Below are positions 48,670 through 61,400 of a stretch of DNA of 64,000 nt, one piece after another (within the stretch, counting starts at the first letter, position 1; every line of letters begins with the position of its first letter). Position numbers and translations under genes: made by a program. The notes beneath the pieces were generated by a model. The model had not been told where the DNA came from. It worked only from the letters and a program-made list of their open reading frames with translations, and searched no databases. The DNA is taken from IMG/VR virus record IMGVR_UViG_3300044612_002233, positions 1 to 64,000 of that record. One strand, 5' to 3'. The stretch comes from an uncultured virus (IMG/VR IMGVR_UViG_3300044612_002233) (Duplodnaviria; Heunggongvirae; Uroviricota; Caudoviricetes).

Positions 48670-49664
48670 ATATCTTATATATAGGACCATATCGACAAAA
48701 GGGCATCATTGGTATAACCTCTTTGTTTGTTTTAATCAATATATTATCTAAAGCAAATACCAATATTAGTTCAAGACCAATCTATATCAATGGTTCTGAA
48801 CCAATAGATATTGGGGACCCAACCGTACTATCGAGTGAAAAAAACAGATTCGATAATTATGATATGATTATCCAACATGTAGATCCGAAAGACTGCATTA
48901 AAATCCACTCTGTACAAAAAAATATAATCATACCAATTCTTAACGAAAGAATATTAGATGAAAATAGTATTAATAAACTTACAGATTTTGATCTAGTACT
49001 AACAGACACAAAATGTTCTTATTCTAGAATTGCAAATACCACAAATAAGCTCTCAAGCAAAACAAAAAACTATGATTATGATATTCCAATGTCCTCAATT
49101 CCAAAAAACCAATTCAATATAGGAACCTTGGACAATACTAAAAAATTGTATTTTATTGGGAGCTATAAACATAATATAGCCAATATCAATTATCTGTGCA
49201 AATCGTTTATTAGAAATGTTATGAATAATGAATGCTCTTTGATATTATTTTTATTCGATATAGATGCAAAAATTAAAAACGATATTGAAAGTATGATAGC
49301 CAATATCTATGCAGAAAACAATATTAAATACGCCATTAACAGAGTCCTAGTTGCACCAATTGATCCGACACTAGATAATATAGTTACTGCTCATCAAACT
49401 GGTCATATTTTTATTGACCTACAAGACGATAGTGGCAACACAGTGAATAATAAGTTTGCGGCAATTCTTAATAAACCAGTTGTTTCATTTGGTTCTGATG
49501 ACTATGAATATAATTATGACAGAAATCATACTATATATGATACTGGATGCACAGGCGTCTCGTATAAATCAATAGAGTCAAAAATTAAAAGAGCAATATC
49601 GGACAAGACGTATAGTGAACATGTAATCCCAGTTAAAAAACAACATATTAATAAAATCATATGA
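48666..49664 (+). CDS. Degenerate GT-B-like protein
   Basis: MNILYIGPYR, YDMIIQH; no EX7E motif. Confidence 0.5.
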   Translation: MNILYIGPYRQKGIIGITSLFVLINILSKANTNISSRPIYINGSEPIDIGDPTVLSSEKNRFDNYDMIIQHVDPKDCIKIHSVQKNIIIPILNERILDENSINKLTDFDLVLTDTKCSYSRIANTTNKLSSKTKNYDYDIPMSSIPKNQFNIGTLDNTKKLYFIGSYKHNIANINYLCKSFIRNVMNNECSLILFLFDIDAKIKNDIESMIANIYAENNIKYAINRVLVAPIDPTLDNIVTAHQTGHIFIDLQDDSGNTVNNKFAAILNKPVVSFGSDDYEYNYDRNHTIYDTGCTGVSYKSIESKIKRAISDKTYSEHVIPVKKQHINKII

Positions 49665-50536
49665 GTATCACCAATTCTATTTTAAACATAGCATACGGAA
49701 CATTAAATAATAGAATTAATATCCTTTATTCTCCTAGTTCTATGTTATTCGATAATATCCTTAATGATATTGATGATATTAATTTATTTTTAGATGGAGA
49801 CGAAGTATCTTCTTATTATTATGATTGTTATTTTTCTAATAATTTTTTAAATCATACAAATCATACTAAAAAACTATCAAATCAAGCACACCTAAAAGAT
49901 ATTATAGCTTTTCATTCGCCTCCTCCTCCAAGTTTTAAAAAAGAAGATTTAGTACTATTACAGAATAATACTAGGAATATCCATAAAATCTTTTTTGGTG
50001 AAGAGGTTATACGATCATGGAGATATCCTAAAGATAACAAAACAACGGTTATGAATTATGGTATTCCTGTAACTGAGCCATCAATTACAAGACATAAAAA
50101 CGTTTTAATATTTAATCTAGAAAATAATCCACAAATAGACTCCTTGTATAAATCAGTATCTGCAAATATACCAAATACAGATATTCTTAAAACTATTAAT
50201 TCAAATATATCAATTGATAATATTGGGAAATTTATATCAGAATATAAGGTCTGTATTGATCTTGGCAATATAGTTAATAGTCTTTTTGCAATGTCTTGTG
50301 GAGTTGAATGTATCTCGCCAATTACAAATGATAAAGACAACCCACTTATGCACAGTATTAGAGATTTTAATAATATATTGAATATGATAACAGACATCTT
50401 ATCAAAAAATATAAGCAATCAAGTACGAAACGAAGGCTCTGGCCTAGTTTATGAAAAATATAATTATAGTACATTTAAAAACAATATGGTGGAATACATG
50501 ACTAATCTTAAAAACAATGAGATATTTTTACTATGA
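49661..50536 (+). CDS. Degenerate GT-B-like protein
   Basis: YKVCID...LFAMSCGVECIS...KYNYSTF resembles the GT C-terminal domain. Confidence 0.5.
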   Translation: MSITNSILNIAYGTLNNRINILYSPSSMLFDNILNDIDDINLFLDGDEVSSYYYDCYFSNNFLNHTNHTKKLSNQAHLKDIIAFHSPPPPSFKKEDLVLLQNNTRNIHKIFFGEEVIRSWRYPKDNKTTVMNYGIPVTEPSITRHKNVLIFNLENNPQIDSLYKSVSANIPNTDILKTINSNISIDNIGKFISEYKVCIDLGNIVNSLFAMSCGVECISPITNDKDNPLMHSIRDFNNILNMITDILSKNISNQVRNEGSGLVYEKYNYSTFKNNMVEYMTNLKNNEIFLL

Positions 50537-50949
50537 GCAGACATTATAATATCACACATAAAAACTATGTGCCCAATAGTTCTAATAATATAAATATAGA
50601 GTTATCTGAACTTGATAAAATCATCAATCACTCGGCTGATGGTATCTACTGTTCCTGCTTAAATTATATAAAGATTGAAGAAATAGATACTATTTTTCAT
50701 AAGGTGCTTAACAAGGTTAAGCCAACAGGAGTGATAATATTTAGTATTATAGATGTTAAAAAATATTCAAGCGACTTTTTACATAGCCAACTTGGTGGAC
50801 AAGAATTTTTAAGCAAACTTAATGGCGTTCAATCCATACTATCTATAGAAGATGTATATACTAGAATTGATAATAATTTTTTCAAAATCAAACAAATCTT
50901 ACAAGAGGGTGGAACAATTGATGTTGCCCTAGAAAGGATTAAATTATGA
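50533..50949 (+). CDS. Hypothetical, methyltransferase-fold-like fragment
   Basis: SADGIY...LNYI...KVKPTGVI. Confidence 0.45.
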   Translation: MSRHYNITHKNYVPNSSNNINIELSELDKIINHSADGIYCSCLNYIKIEEIDTIFHKVLNKVKPTGVIIFSIIDVKKYSSDFLHSQLGGQEFLSKLNGVQSILSIEDVYTRIDNNFFKIKQILQEGGTIDVALERIKL

Positions 50950-51701
50950 GTAATATTAATACGTCTTGTAAAAAATGCTATTTTGCTCAGGAAACATCTT
51001 CTGAAAAGTCATGCGAATTTTATATTCCAGAAGCTATAGCTGCCAATAAAAAAATAGAAGTTATTGATAATTATAACTATATTCATAACTATCTATGTAA
51101 ATATGGATTGTCAAAAGACAAAGCCGATGAAATATCAACCAACAAAAGCGAGATTGATCTCAAAGTATATGCAAAAAGCAGAGTAGCTCCAGCTTATGAT
51201 TTGTTTTGCATACTAAGTGATAATGATGATATAGAAAATATTTGTGATCATATTATAAAATTAGAGATTAAACCAGAACGTATAAATCTATCATTTAAAC
51301 GAGACTATGACATGAAAAGGGCTCAGTCTGTTTGTGAGAAGATACTGGGCAATAAGATGTCTTGGAAATTACATTATTTTCTGGAAGACAAACCAGCATA
51401 TGAAACCTTACATATTGCAACATCCACAGATGATAAATTATCAAGCTGTAAATTTATATGGATAGTTAATCAAGCAATATTAGAATCCGCTATCAACAAA
51501 GACAGTATCAATAGAATTAATTATATAGTTAATGTAGATCAGCCAGATACTGCTATTCTAATGAGTAAGATATCAGTAGATTATTTTTATGGGATATTCT
51601 TAACAATAGACAATATGAATGGAATATATAAAAATGTCAATCCCAACCTTGGGCAAGCAATAGAAGAATCGTATAAAGATACTATAGTATATTATGATTA
51701 A
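50946..51701 (+). CDS. Hypothetical protein
   Basis: N-terminal CKKC..C...C cluster. Confidence 0.55.
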   Translation: MSNINTSCKKCYFAQETSSEKSCEFYIPEAIAANKKIEVIDNYNYIHNYLCKYGLSKDKADEISTNKSEIDLKVYAKSRVAPAYDLFCILSDNDDIENICDHIIKLEIKPERINLSFKRDYDMKRAQSVCEKILGNKMSWKLHYFLEDKPAYETLHIATSTDDKLSSCKFIWIVNQAILESAINKDSINRINYIVNVDQPDTAILMSKISVDYFYGIFLTIDNMNGIYKNVNPNLGQAIEESYKDTIVYYD

Positions 51702-52371
51702 TGCTTTAATACTAGTACCAGAAATTACCAAAGGAATGAAGTCGATAGGATCCAAATCCTTACTTGAAATCAAAAAAAAATTATCGGTATTAGACTATCA
51801 AATACAGTCAATTAGAAATATAGATAAAAATATTAAAATATCAATTTGTACAGGATTTGATTCTGAAAAAATTACTAATACAATTAGTGATAATTATGAA
51901 AACATTAATTATATATATAATGAACAATATAAAACAACCAATCAAGCACACTCTATAAAGATATATTTAGAACAATACGATAACTGTGAAAAACTATTAA
52001 TTGTCTCAAATGGCGTCTTATTCAAAGATAAGTGCATAACTAAAAATATGTTAACTAATGAATGTAAAGTATTCATTTTAAATAAAACTCGTGAAAATTT
52101 TAATCTTGGATGTTCAGAGCAACAGCATTTTGAATATCTCTTTTATGATCTGCCAGAACTATGGTCGGAATGTATCTATTTGAATAAAGAAGCATTGACA
52201 GTATTACGAAATTTATTTACAAGTAACTATACCACTCAAATGTATCTTTTTGAACTAATCAATGAAATGATAAATAAAAATATACTATTTAAAAAACAAT
52301 ATATTGATAAAAAATTAATTATGAAAATCTGCAATTTTAAGGATATGGCTAAGGCTAAAAATTTTATATGA
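51694..52371 (+). CDS. Degenerate sugar/choline nucleotidyltransferase (LicC-like)
   Basis: NALIL....KGMKSIGSKSLL, LDYQI, TGF, YNEQYKTTN..HS; lacks AAG.G.R and GD motifs. Confidence 0.65.
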   Translation: MINALILVPEITKGMKSIGSKSLLEIKKKLSVLDYQIQSIRNIDKNIKISICTGFDSEKITNTISDNYENINYIYNEQYKTTNQAHSIKIYLEQYDNCEKLLIVSNGVLFKDKCITKNMLTNECKVFILNKTRENFNLGCSEQQHFEYLFYDLPELWSECIYLNKEALTVLRNLFTSNYTTQMYLFELINEMINKNILFKKQYIDKKLIMKICNFKDMAKAKNFI

Positions 52372-53102
52372 CAACATTATTAGTTCAAAACTCTAAATCT
52401 AAATTTATACAAAGCACTATATATTCTAATATTCCTAATATTAATATTATTGGATCTAATATAGATAATCACCTATATAAGATATACTATTCACATAATC
52501 CTACTCATGCTATATTTTGCGCTAACAGACTTACTGATGAAATTATTCAGTTCATATCTGACTTCGCTTCCTCAAAGATAAAATGTTTTATATATCATGA
52601 GAATTTATCTTTTGAGATTCTGGATAAATTAAAAGACCTATCAGTAATTAATATTAGTAGTATCAAGATTAAATCTGAATATCAATCTGTGTTATTGCCT
52701 AAAAATCTAGTTAATAGTCAGTTATTTTATAATAACCCATCCATAGTTAAGAAAGAATCAATAGTATGTTTCATGGATAATTATGAGACTATTCCAGAAA
52801 GCATAAGCAATTACTTATATCCTAAAACAAATATTCCAATAAAATTATTTAATAATAATAGTATTGCCCATTATCAAAATCTTGGTCTACTAGACGAATC
52901 AAATAAAGCAAATATCTTACAATCTAATAAATATTATGTATCTATAGCAAATAATAAAAATGACTATTCTTTAGAGGCTAGTCTTTGTGGCAGTATAGTT
53001 CTTGATGTTGACCAAATTCAAAATTATGAAACAATAGAATATACAGAACCAAAAGACTATTACGATCTAGCAACTTTTATTAAAGAAAGTATTTTAATAT
53101 GA
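52368..53102 (+). CDS. Hypothetical, GT-like remnant
   Basis: QNLGLL...YSLEASLCG. Confidence 0.45.
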   Translation: MTTLLVQNSKSKFIQSTIYSNIPNINIIGSNIDNHLYKIYYSHNPTHAIFCANRLTDEIIQFISDFASSKIKCFIYHENLSFEILDKLKDLSVINISSIKIKSEYQSVLLPKNLVNSQLFYNNPSIVKKESIVCFMDNYETIPESISNYLYPKTNIPIKLFNNNSIAHYQNLGLLDESNKANILQSNKYYVSIANNKNDYSLEASLCGSIVLDVDQIQNYETIEYTEPKDYYDLATFIKESILI

Positions 53103-53554
53103 ATGATGTAGGTTTTATTTTGGTTAAACTTTTAAATGATGAAGTTCACGATAATATACTTTCTACTATCAAAGAAATTGAAAAAAATAATCCATACGGA
53201 CAAACTGTAATTTTCAATAGTTATTGCGAGAAGGCCAATCTGTATAATTTGCCAGTATTGCATTTAAGTCAATCACAATTCTTTAATGGAACCTTATTTG
53301 TATTTGATTTACCTAGTGTTATACTTACTAATAAATTCCCAAATTTAAAGAAAAGAATATTGTATACCAATTCCTTGCCTTGGTCCAGTAATCCCGGCAC
53401 CAGATACGAGGAATGGAAATCTCTTTATGATCAAGAGTCATTAGATATTTTAGTAAATAGTACCGACGTATATAATATATATAACATATGCTGGAAAAAA
53501 CCAATAGGAATATCTGAAAGGTTTAATTATGAAGAAGTCTCAAAATTTATATGA
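53099..53554 (+). CDS. Hypothetical protein
   Basis: ORF in operon with overlapping start/stop. Confidence 0.55.
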   Translation: MNDVGFILVKLLNDEVHDNILSTIKEIEKNNPYGQTVIFNSYCEKANLYNLPVLHLSQSQFFNGTLFVFDLPSVILTNKFPNLKKRILYTNSLPWSSNPGTRYEEWKSLYDQESLDILVNSTDVYNIYNICWKKPIGISERFNYEEVSKFI

Positions 53555-54326
53555 CAGTTTGACAGATTCTGACAAACTTGGACTATTACAAACTTTGTAT
53601 ATTGATCAAAAACATAGTTTCGCAGATATAGCGTCGATGCATGGAACTTATGCTAATAAAATCAGGCGAGACGCTAAAAGACTTAATTTAAATATTAGAG
53701 ATAAATCAGAGGCCCAAAAGAATGCTTTGAGTACCGGTAAGCATGAACATCCAACCAAGGGTAAAAAAAGAAACGACTCTGTTAAACAGAAAATAGGAAA
53801 GTCTGTTATGGACTCTTGGGATAATCTCACAAAAACAGAATTAGAACAAAGAAAACAGAAAGCTAAATTAGCTTGGGAAAAATTAGATGAAGATACTAAG
53901 ATTAATATGCAGCAATCAGCAATGAAAGCAGTTAGAGAGTCCAGCAAAACAGGATCAAAATTAGAAAAATTCATACATAAAAAATTGTTGAGCTTAGGAT
54001 ATCAAGTTCAGTTTCATAAAGAGCAATCGTTGGTAAATACCAAGTTGCAGATTGATATCTTTTTGCCTACTATTAATACGGCCATTGAGGTTGACGGTCC
54101 AAGTCATTTTGAACCAGTTTGGGGAGAAAAGAGTTTGGAACGTAATGTTGGATATGATCAAAAGAAAGAGGGCTTGATAACTGGAAGAGGATGGCATCTG
54201 ATTAGAATTAAGCAATTAAAAGATTATTCTCCTTCACGAGCATCATTGGTGGTTGAAAAATTGATACCAATTCTTGATAAATGTTCAAATGAAAAAACTC
54301 CACAAAAAATAATAATAGAGGACTGA
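53529..54326 (+). CDS. DUF559/Vsr-like endonuclease with N-terminal HTH
   Basis: SFADIA...ANKIRR; SKLE, IDIFLP, AIEVDGPSH, D.KK. Confidence 0.75.
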   Translation: MKKSQNLYDSLTDSDKLGLLQTLYIDQKHSFADIASMHGTYANKIRRDAKRLNLNIRDKSEAQKNALSTGKHEHPTKGKKRNDSVKQKIGKSVMDSWDNLTKTELEQRKQKAKLAWEKLDEDTKINMQQSAMKAVRESSKTGSKLEKFIHKKLLSLGYQVQFHKEQSLVNTKLQIDIFLPTINTAIEVDGPSHFEPVWGEKSLERNVGYDQKKEGLITGRGWHLIRIKQLKDYSPSRASLVVEKLIPILDKCSNEKTPQKIIIED

Positions 54327-54330
54327 TTTT

Positions 54331-55059
54331 ATGGTTAAAAAGGAAAAGACAGAGAAGGTTGAAGAGGTTAAGTCGGATATTGTTGATAAGAAGATTCCAA
54401 AAGCTACAGACTTAGAATGGACCGATTATGTTTTAAGCCTATTATCGGAAGATGAAAAAATATCAGGAAATCCAACAACCGACGGATTAAGACGAATTTT
54501 TGAAATTGCTCTTAATTGTAGAGTGGTTGTTTCTAGTTCTAAGGTTGTACAATCTCCTGATCCAAATAATGAAAAAAGAGCCACTGTGGTTCATTCTGTT
54601 GTGTATCTTTTAAATGATGCCTCTCCTGACAGACCTGAATTTAATACCGTGTCTGTAGATGGAGCAGCGGACGTTTATTGGGGGAACTGTGATAAGGTTT
54701 ATAGGAATCATCCTGTGGCAGTAGCAGAAACCAGAGCAGAAGGAAGAGCTTTAAGGAGAGCACTTAAGCTAAGGAAAGTAGTAGCAGCAGAAGAATTGGC
54801 CAAAGAAATTGAAGATAATCCAGATAACAGTAGTGTTTCTAAGATTAGTAATAATCAGATTAATTTTATTGACGTTATGGCTCAAAGACTTAATATAAAT
54901 GTGGTTAAGTTGTTTAATAATAATCAATTACCCACAGATAATGTCTATTCTGTTTCTCATGATGATGCTGTTAATATTATTAGATTGTTATCGAAGTATC
55001 AACAAAACATATCAGAGATTGCAGAAGATATTATGGGATACTCTAGCGATTGGAAATAA
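54331..55059 (+). CDS. Sak/Rad52-like single-strand annealing protein
   Basis: AVAETRAEGRALRRAL motif; C-terminal ISNNQINFI helical domain. Confidence 0.55.
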   Translation: MVKKEKTEKVEEVKSDIVDKKIPKATDLEWTDYVLSLLSEDEKISGNPTTDGLRRIFEIALNCRVVVSSSKVVQSPDPNNEKRATVVHSVVYLLNDASPDRPEFNTVSVDGAADVYWGNCDKVYRNHPVAVAETRAEGRALRRALKLRKVVAAEELAKEIEDNPDNSSVSKISNNQINFIDVMAQRLNINVVKLFNNNQLPTDNVYSVSHDDAVNIIRLLSKYQQNISEIAEDIMGYSSDWK

Positions 55060-55061
55060 AT

Positions 55062-55397
55062 ATGAAAGTTTTATACAGAGCGAGTGATAAGTTATCTTTT
55101 GAGCTTGAAGGATCTGGTCAAAAGGAAATATTTAAAGAATTAGCACTAATTCAAGAAATTTTTGCTGAAGCGAAGTGCGGATTGTGTGGAAGCACTAATC
55201 TAAGATTTATAGTAAGGAATGTAGAAGGAAATGACTACTATGAGATTAGGTGCATAGATTGTGGTGCTATATTAGCATTCGGTCAGCATAAGAAGGGCGG
55301 GACATTGTTTCCAAAAAGAAAAGATGATGATGGAAATAATCTTCCAAACAGAGGCTGGCATAAGTGGACAGCTAAAGATACTAAAGATAAGAACTAA
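55062..55397 (+). CDS. Zinc-ribbon hypothetical protein
   Basis: CGLCGS...CIDCGA. Confidence 0.65.
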   Translation: MKVLYRASDKLSFELEGSGQKEIFKELALIQEIFAEAKCGLCGSTNLRFIVRNVEGNDYYEIRCIDCGAILAFGQHKKGGTLFPKRKDDDGNNLPNRGWHKWTAKDTKDKN

Positions 55398-55413
55398 TTA
55401 TTCTCTTAATTTT

Positions 55414-55451
55414 CGACAACCCTGCGTTTATATCGGGCGCAGGCGTTGTCG
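55414..55451. terminator. Hairpin between convergent transcription units
   Basis: CGACAAC-CCTGCG...CGCAGG-C-GTTGTCG inverted repeat. Confidence 0.7.
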
Positions 55452-55455
55452 TTAA

Positions 55456-58400
55456 TTATTCATATTCGTATGGTATCATTTCCCACGGAAAATAACTAGC
55501 AGCAACATCTGACTTATTTTCTATTTTGTCAACACTGCCAAAAAATGACCTGAATATCATTTCATTTTGTAGTTTAAAAAAGTCCGGCAATGTTGTTGGC
55601 TCAAGACTAAATGTTGCAGGATTCCTTTGTAGTGCCACCCAAACATACAGACTATTATTTATATTACCTACTTGAGCATTAACTAAATCTGTTTCGTATG
55701 GAACTGGGGGACTTGTAAAACTAGCTGGTCTAAAATCAGACTTTGATCCATATCTATATACTGTGGATAAAATATCAACTCCTCTTAACATTCTAGGTAT
55801 TCTTTTTACCATCACAGATATATTATTTGCATTGTCTAGATTCACGATATTACAAACTCTGGTTGGTTTTCCTATTCTAGTATTGTCTAATGTCATCATG
55901 CCTTTTCCTCCTGGACTTCCAATATTCGTTTGACAACTACCAATTCCCGGCAAATCTAAAGTATCACCAGAATTATCATTGCCTTGATTTTCATTTGTTA
56001 ATGGTACTGCATATAGTTCTGTTGATTCTATTGTTATCTCAGCACCTGGACCAAGGATATTATCCATGGTTTGATCACCATTAATATTAAAATATCTTAG
56101 TTTAGTCAAAGTTTTCCATCCTGTAATAGCAGGATACTGTCTCTGGAATGCGGTTTTTTGTTGATCAATAGCATTACTATTTATTGTATATGTAAACTCA
56201 TCAACATTAGATGTCACATTCTCTGTCGCACCAAAATCAAATTTTATTGTTTGATTAGGTTTAGTTGTAAAGTATGGACATATATTGTTATCTATATAGG
56301 GACTAGCAACACCCAGAACGGGATTAGCTTCTGTGCATTTATATTTTGTTGAAATTAATACTTTTGGATTGCTGTCAAAATCTTGAAAACACGACTGCTT
56401 ACTGTCAATATTAATCCAGTAATGATCTTTATTAGCCTCTCTGTAATAAATATAAATTGGACCAGACTGTTCTCCTTCATTTGCTCCTCGCCAATCAATT
56501 CCAGATAATACTGGTTCAATTTTTGGTAGTACGTGCGGAGATATTCTTCTAGGGTCCGTTATTGGTAGTGATGATTTTAATTTATAGTTAGAGTAATCCG
56601 ATCTGTTTAATTGGTATGTGGTATTATTTGCAGGAATATCAAAGACTGCTTGTTCGTCTAATAATTGTATTATTGAATTTTTTTCTTCTAATAAGTCTTT
56701 AATGGTTTTATATGTTCTAGTTTTATTGCATGCTAACACTAACGGCTGATTAGCGATGTCACAGTTGATGGGATCGTCTTCTAGTTTGTCGTAGTGTTTT
56801 TGCAAATATTTTAATTTAGAAGAATTTAATATTGTTGACGTTGATCCTGGAACACCAACCGCTCCTTCAAGCGCAGTGTCTACTCCTGTGCTCTCAATAG
56901 TAGATAATCTGGAAGTAAGCCAACTAAACTCATTACTAGTAATAGATCTCATTGGTTTATATTCATAATACTTATTCTCTATCTCTAACTCACCAGTACT
57001 TATTCCTGAAGTTAATGGATTTAGTCCATCATCTGTTCGTATGATTGAAAAATTACTTGGTATATCATTATATGAAGATGAGAACTCTATATTTTTAACT
57101 ATCACATCATGATTAGTGGTATCATCGGTATCGGATTTAATATAATAATAATCCTTATTTTCTTTTTCTTTTCTAAAGATTGGAGTTAAAACATTCAAAT
57201 CTTCTTTAGAATATGAGAAGCCATAGCTAGAATTAGAAACAAAACCAGTATTTTCTACCCCACTTACAAAGATTTTTATCTTGTTATGCTTTATCTTATC
57301 GTTATTTCTATTATTAAAAATATCATTAATTTCTTGTAATTGATTATTATGTATGTTATTTGACAATATATTTTTATTAACAAACAAAGACATGTCGCCA
57401 TAAGATCCAACTGAATGAGTTGTTGGAGCAATATCTGTTATATTATTGAATACGTTTTTATTAATATAATCTGATCCCCATATATTGTATTTTTTACTTG
57501 TCTTATCTATAATCGTTGTTTCGTCTTTATATGTTAAGAAAATATTCATTGTATTAGGAACAGACATTAGGTTGTATCCAGAAACACTATTCTCAAATAC
57601 CAGTAAAGAATAGTATTTATTATTTTTATAAATTAATCCCTTTTTACTTATTGTTGCATTAGTTGAGGAGACTCCAGAACAACTAACTATATCTCCCTTT
57701 TTAAATATGTCATAAGGTATTTTGCCTTTGACTAGCACAGCCTTATTGTCTGATAAATCGGTACTAGATAAAGAATTAGAAGATCCTAAAATAGCATTAT
57801 GCTGTAAATAATGGTTTGCTTTAGATAGTGCTGAAGGATCTAGTTTCAGATTTGTCCAAGTTTCATTATTTCTTGCAATACATATTTGCGATGGATTTTC
57901 ACATTCATTTCCTGTAAATGCAACCCTAACTATATCTCCTTCGTTGATGAATGAGTCCGATATAGCAGCGGGCAGAGGTGAACTTGGTAAATTTGATTCA
58001 CAGCTTAAATTTATTTGTTTAATAAAATTTTGATCAATTAAGTCTTCAATAGAATTAACAAGATCAAATGAGAAATCTCCTAATCCATCTACCCCTCCAG
58101 ATAATTTTATAAACTTGTATCTATCTGGTTTTAGTATTGGGGTGTTATGATATTTAAAAATACTAGCTTCAGCAGTATACCATAAAGAGTTAGGCTTTTT
58201 AAAGTTTATTAATATTTTTTCTGGTGACCCAAATGGGTATTTTGCATAACTGGGAAAATAAATCTGTCTTCCTTGATTTGTTAAATTTTCAGCAAATCGA
58301 ACTTCTTTAAAATAATCAAAAATAGCATTATAGCCAGGACTATTTACCGCGCCCTCAAGACCAGCTAAAGCGCCAACTAAAGTTCCCCCAGTAGTTGCTC

Positions 58401-61400
58401 CATAACCAGCTAGAGCAGTCATAATTTGTATTATAGCATAATATGGGAATACTGGTGGCCTAACCATAACCCCCTGACCTGTTGGATCATCCTGGGATGT
58501 TAAACACGTTGTTGAGTCAGATATGCAGGAGTAGGGAGCATTATAATTAGCTATTGGAAGTAAGTGTTTTTGATCTGTCAGATCCGTTATAAAACTGTAT
58601 GATGGATATGATGGATCTTTTTTATAGTCAAATAATGACAAAGCATCATTATTACCATAAGAGGCTAAACTGGGATTGGTATTTGGTACTGGATCTCTAA
58701 CAGAACCAACATGAAGTATCAATTCCCAATTGCATAATGAATTATATAATAAATGTGATTTTGTATTAGTTTCTGTACTCTCTAATCCCGACAAATACTG
58801 ATTATTTATTGTTGAATCTAAAACATTCATATCGTCTTCTTCATCAAGAACCATAATATTCAGAGTAAATGTGGTTTTTCCATCAAAATCCCCATCTCTT
58901 TGTTTTGGCGAGCCCTCTAAACACGGCCCAGATTCTGGAGCTAGATTTTTAAAAAGTAATTCTGAAACGAACTTACTAAAACTATTGTTACTAATATTTA
59001 ATTTATTATGTTTTATAATAGAAGAATATTCACAACACTCTCTATCAGAATATCCTGTTGCGGCTACAGTTGGCAATAATTCATCATTTGATCTTATGAT
59101 ATTTTGCATTTTAGAAACTTGACTTGTCATATAAGAATACTGTCCACTTGGATGATAATATCCAGAACCTAACAGATTCATATCACAAGGAGTATTATGC
59201 TTTGAAGCGTGATCTGAGAATTTCACACTAAAATTATACTTATTATTTTGTATTGTTTCTTGGTTTAATAAAACCAGTTTAAATGAGCTAGGTGATGCTC
59301 CTGATGGACTATTGATTCCAACTAAATCTTTCAGATAATTTTCAATCTTTGCATTATTAAGAGATCCTGTGATTCTATTCTGGTTTGTCGAATAATTTCC
59401 AAAAAATATCCTAGGATCGAATGTTTGATCTAAAAATTCTGAAGTGCTTTTGAGTGGGGATGGTGGAGGATTGGCCATGGAACGAAATCTAGGAACGCCT
59501 TCAGCATCACAGTAATCAACATCTAGCCAAACAACCATATTTTTGGTATTAACATAATTTAAAAAGTTTAATTTAACCTCAATATCTTTTATTCCAAATC
59601 CATTTACTCTTGGAATTCTAAATTGCATTCGTCCATCTGGTAATTGAATTTTTTCTGGCAAAGAATGAGGTCCGGTAACAGCAAATGAATAAGAAAAATT
59701 AGTTTGACCCTGATCGGTTAAAAACTCGTCGTTAGCTATTGGATAATTATTTGTGGCTGTTGGTTCTATGCCTTTTGGTTCTCCACCAGAAAGTATTCTG
59801 TATCCATGATTACTAGAATTATTAACACTTGTGATTTTTGTATCTATATAATTTTTATGTTTTTGATTATTATTATATAATTCAATATCCTGCCCCGGCC
59901 TTATATCTGCACAAGAACATAACATATCCCACTGAATTTCTTTTGCTATTCCTAATGTTATTGAACTGGAAAAAGTTTTTGATTGTATTGTGCTATTCTC
60001 AATATTTATTGGTCCAGATCGTAATCTTGTTATTTGTGGGCCTAAGAAACTAAAAGAGTCTCTTGCTCCAGGATTAAACTTTAATACTGATCCTCTATTT
60101 GCATGTATGGAATACTCATTTCCTCCAGAATATGGTATCCATCCACTATTTGGATGAAAAGCCCCTTTAGTAAATGGCATTATTAAACCGGTGCCACTTA
60201 CCATTACTGCTTTTTGATAGCATAATTTATATGTTGATGTATCCGGAAAATTACGATAGTTTAATGGAAAACCGGTTACAACAGGTAGATTTGTTGATGC
60301 TCCTTGTCCAGCAACTATTCCTTTATCATTAATTGAGACCTGTGGTTTGGTGAGTCCATTAATATCTACTCCTATGGAATCTATGAATTTTTTACTATAT
60401 CCTCCATAGGCTTTAACTTTTGGTGCTTTTTTTGTACTAATCACTGGGAAATTAAAAATACCACTATCTCTAATACATTTTGCTAAATTTCTTGTAGTAT
60501 CCCACTCGTATGCTCTTAGCTGAAATGCTTCAGGATCCTTATTGGTTCTTGTGGTTTTATTAAAGTCATAATTTTTTGTGTCTACAATATTTCCATTGCT
60601 ATCTGAGGTAGAAATTTTAGCATGACTTTTATAACTTCTAATTTTTGGAAAATATAAGCTCAAACATTGAGAACATTCGTCTTGATCTGTTCTAATTTTT
60701 TCTAGCCAGACCGAATGCAATTTTACTATTGTATTATTAGTTTCAAATATCAAAGTTAGTGGACATGTATCTTTATGTGTATAATTTGCACTATAGCTAA
60801 AAATATAATCTTTAGATAATGAATATACATCGTCTTGGCTTGCTGAGCCAAATGTTCCTATAAATTCTCTAACAGAAAAATCTGTTTTTATCGGATAAAT
60901 CACCCCATGATAATTACTAATTGCTATTTTGTTTATCTTTGATATGTTTGATTTTACTAGATCTTTATCAAGAATTAATGGAATATTTTCATTCGCAATG
61001 TACGATGGAGTAACCGACGGTGGATATACCCAAGATATGTTTTTACTATCCCAATATTTACCATAAGAAATAGCATTTTCTTTCATAGCCCCACCCTGAC
61101 CAATCACTAACTGTCTACCATCAACAATGTATACGGTTTTTTGTTTTTTAAATGTCCCAAACGGACTAGATATTGTGCATTGAAAAGTATATTTACCAGT
61201 ATAATTTGCATAGAATGTAACCTCATTAGAGGTTCCAGACAATAGTTCATTTTTACCAAAAGTTCCCTGCGGACCTTCTAATTGTTCCCAAAAGAAAGAA
61301 TTTTGACCATTAATATAATTTGTTAAAAGAAGTATGGAGCCCTCATCATAAGATTTCTCTATTTCTGCTATCTCCAAAGCAACCAATTGTATACCAGATT

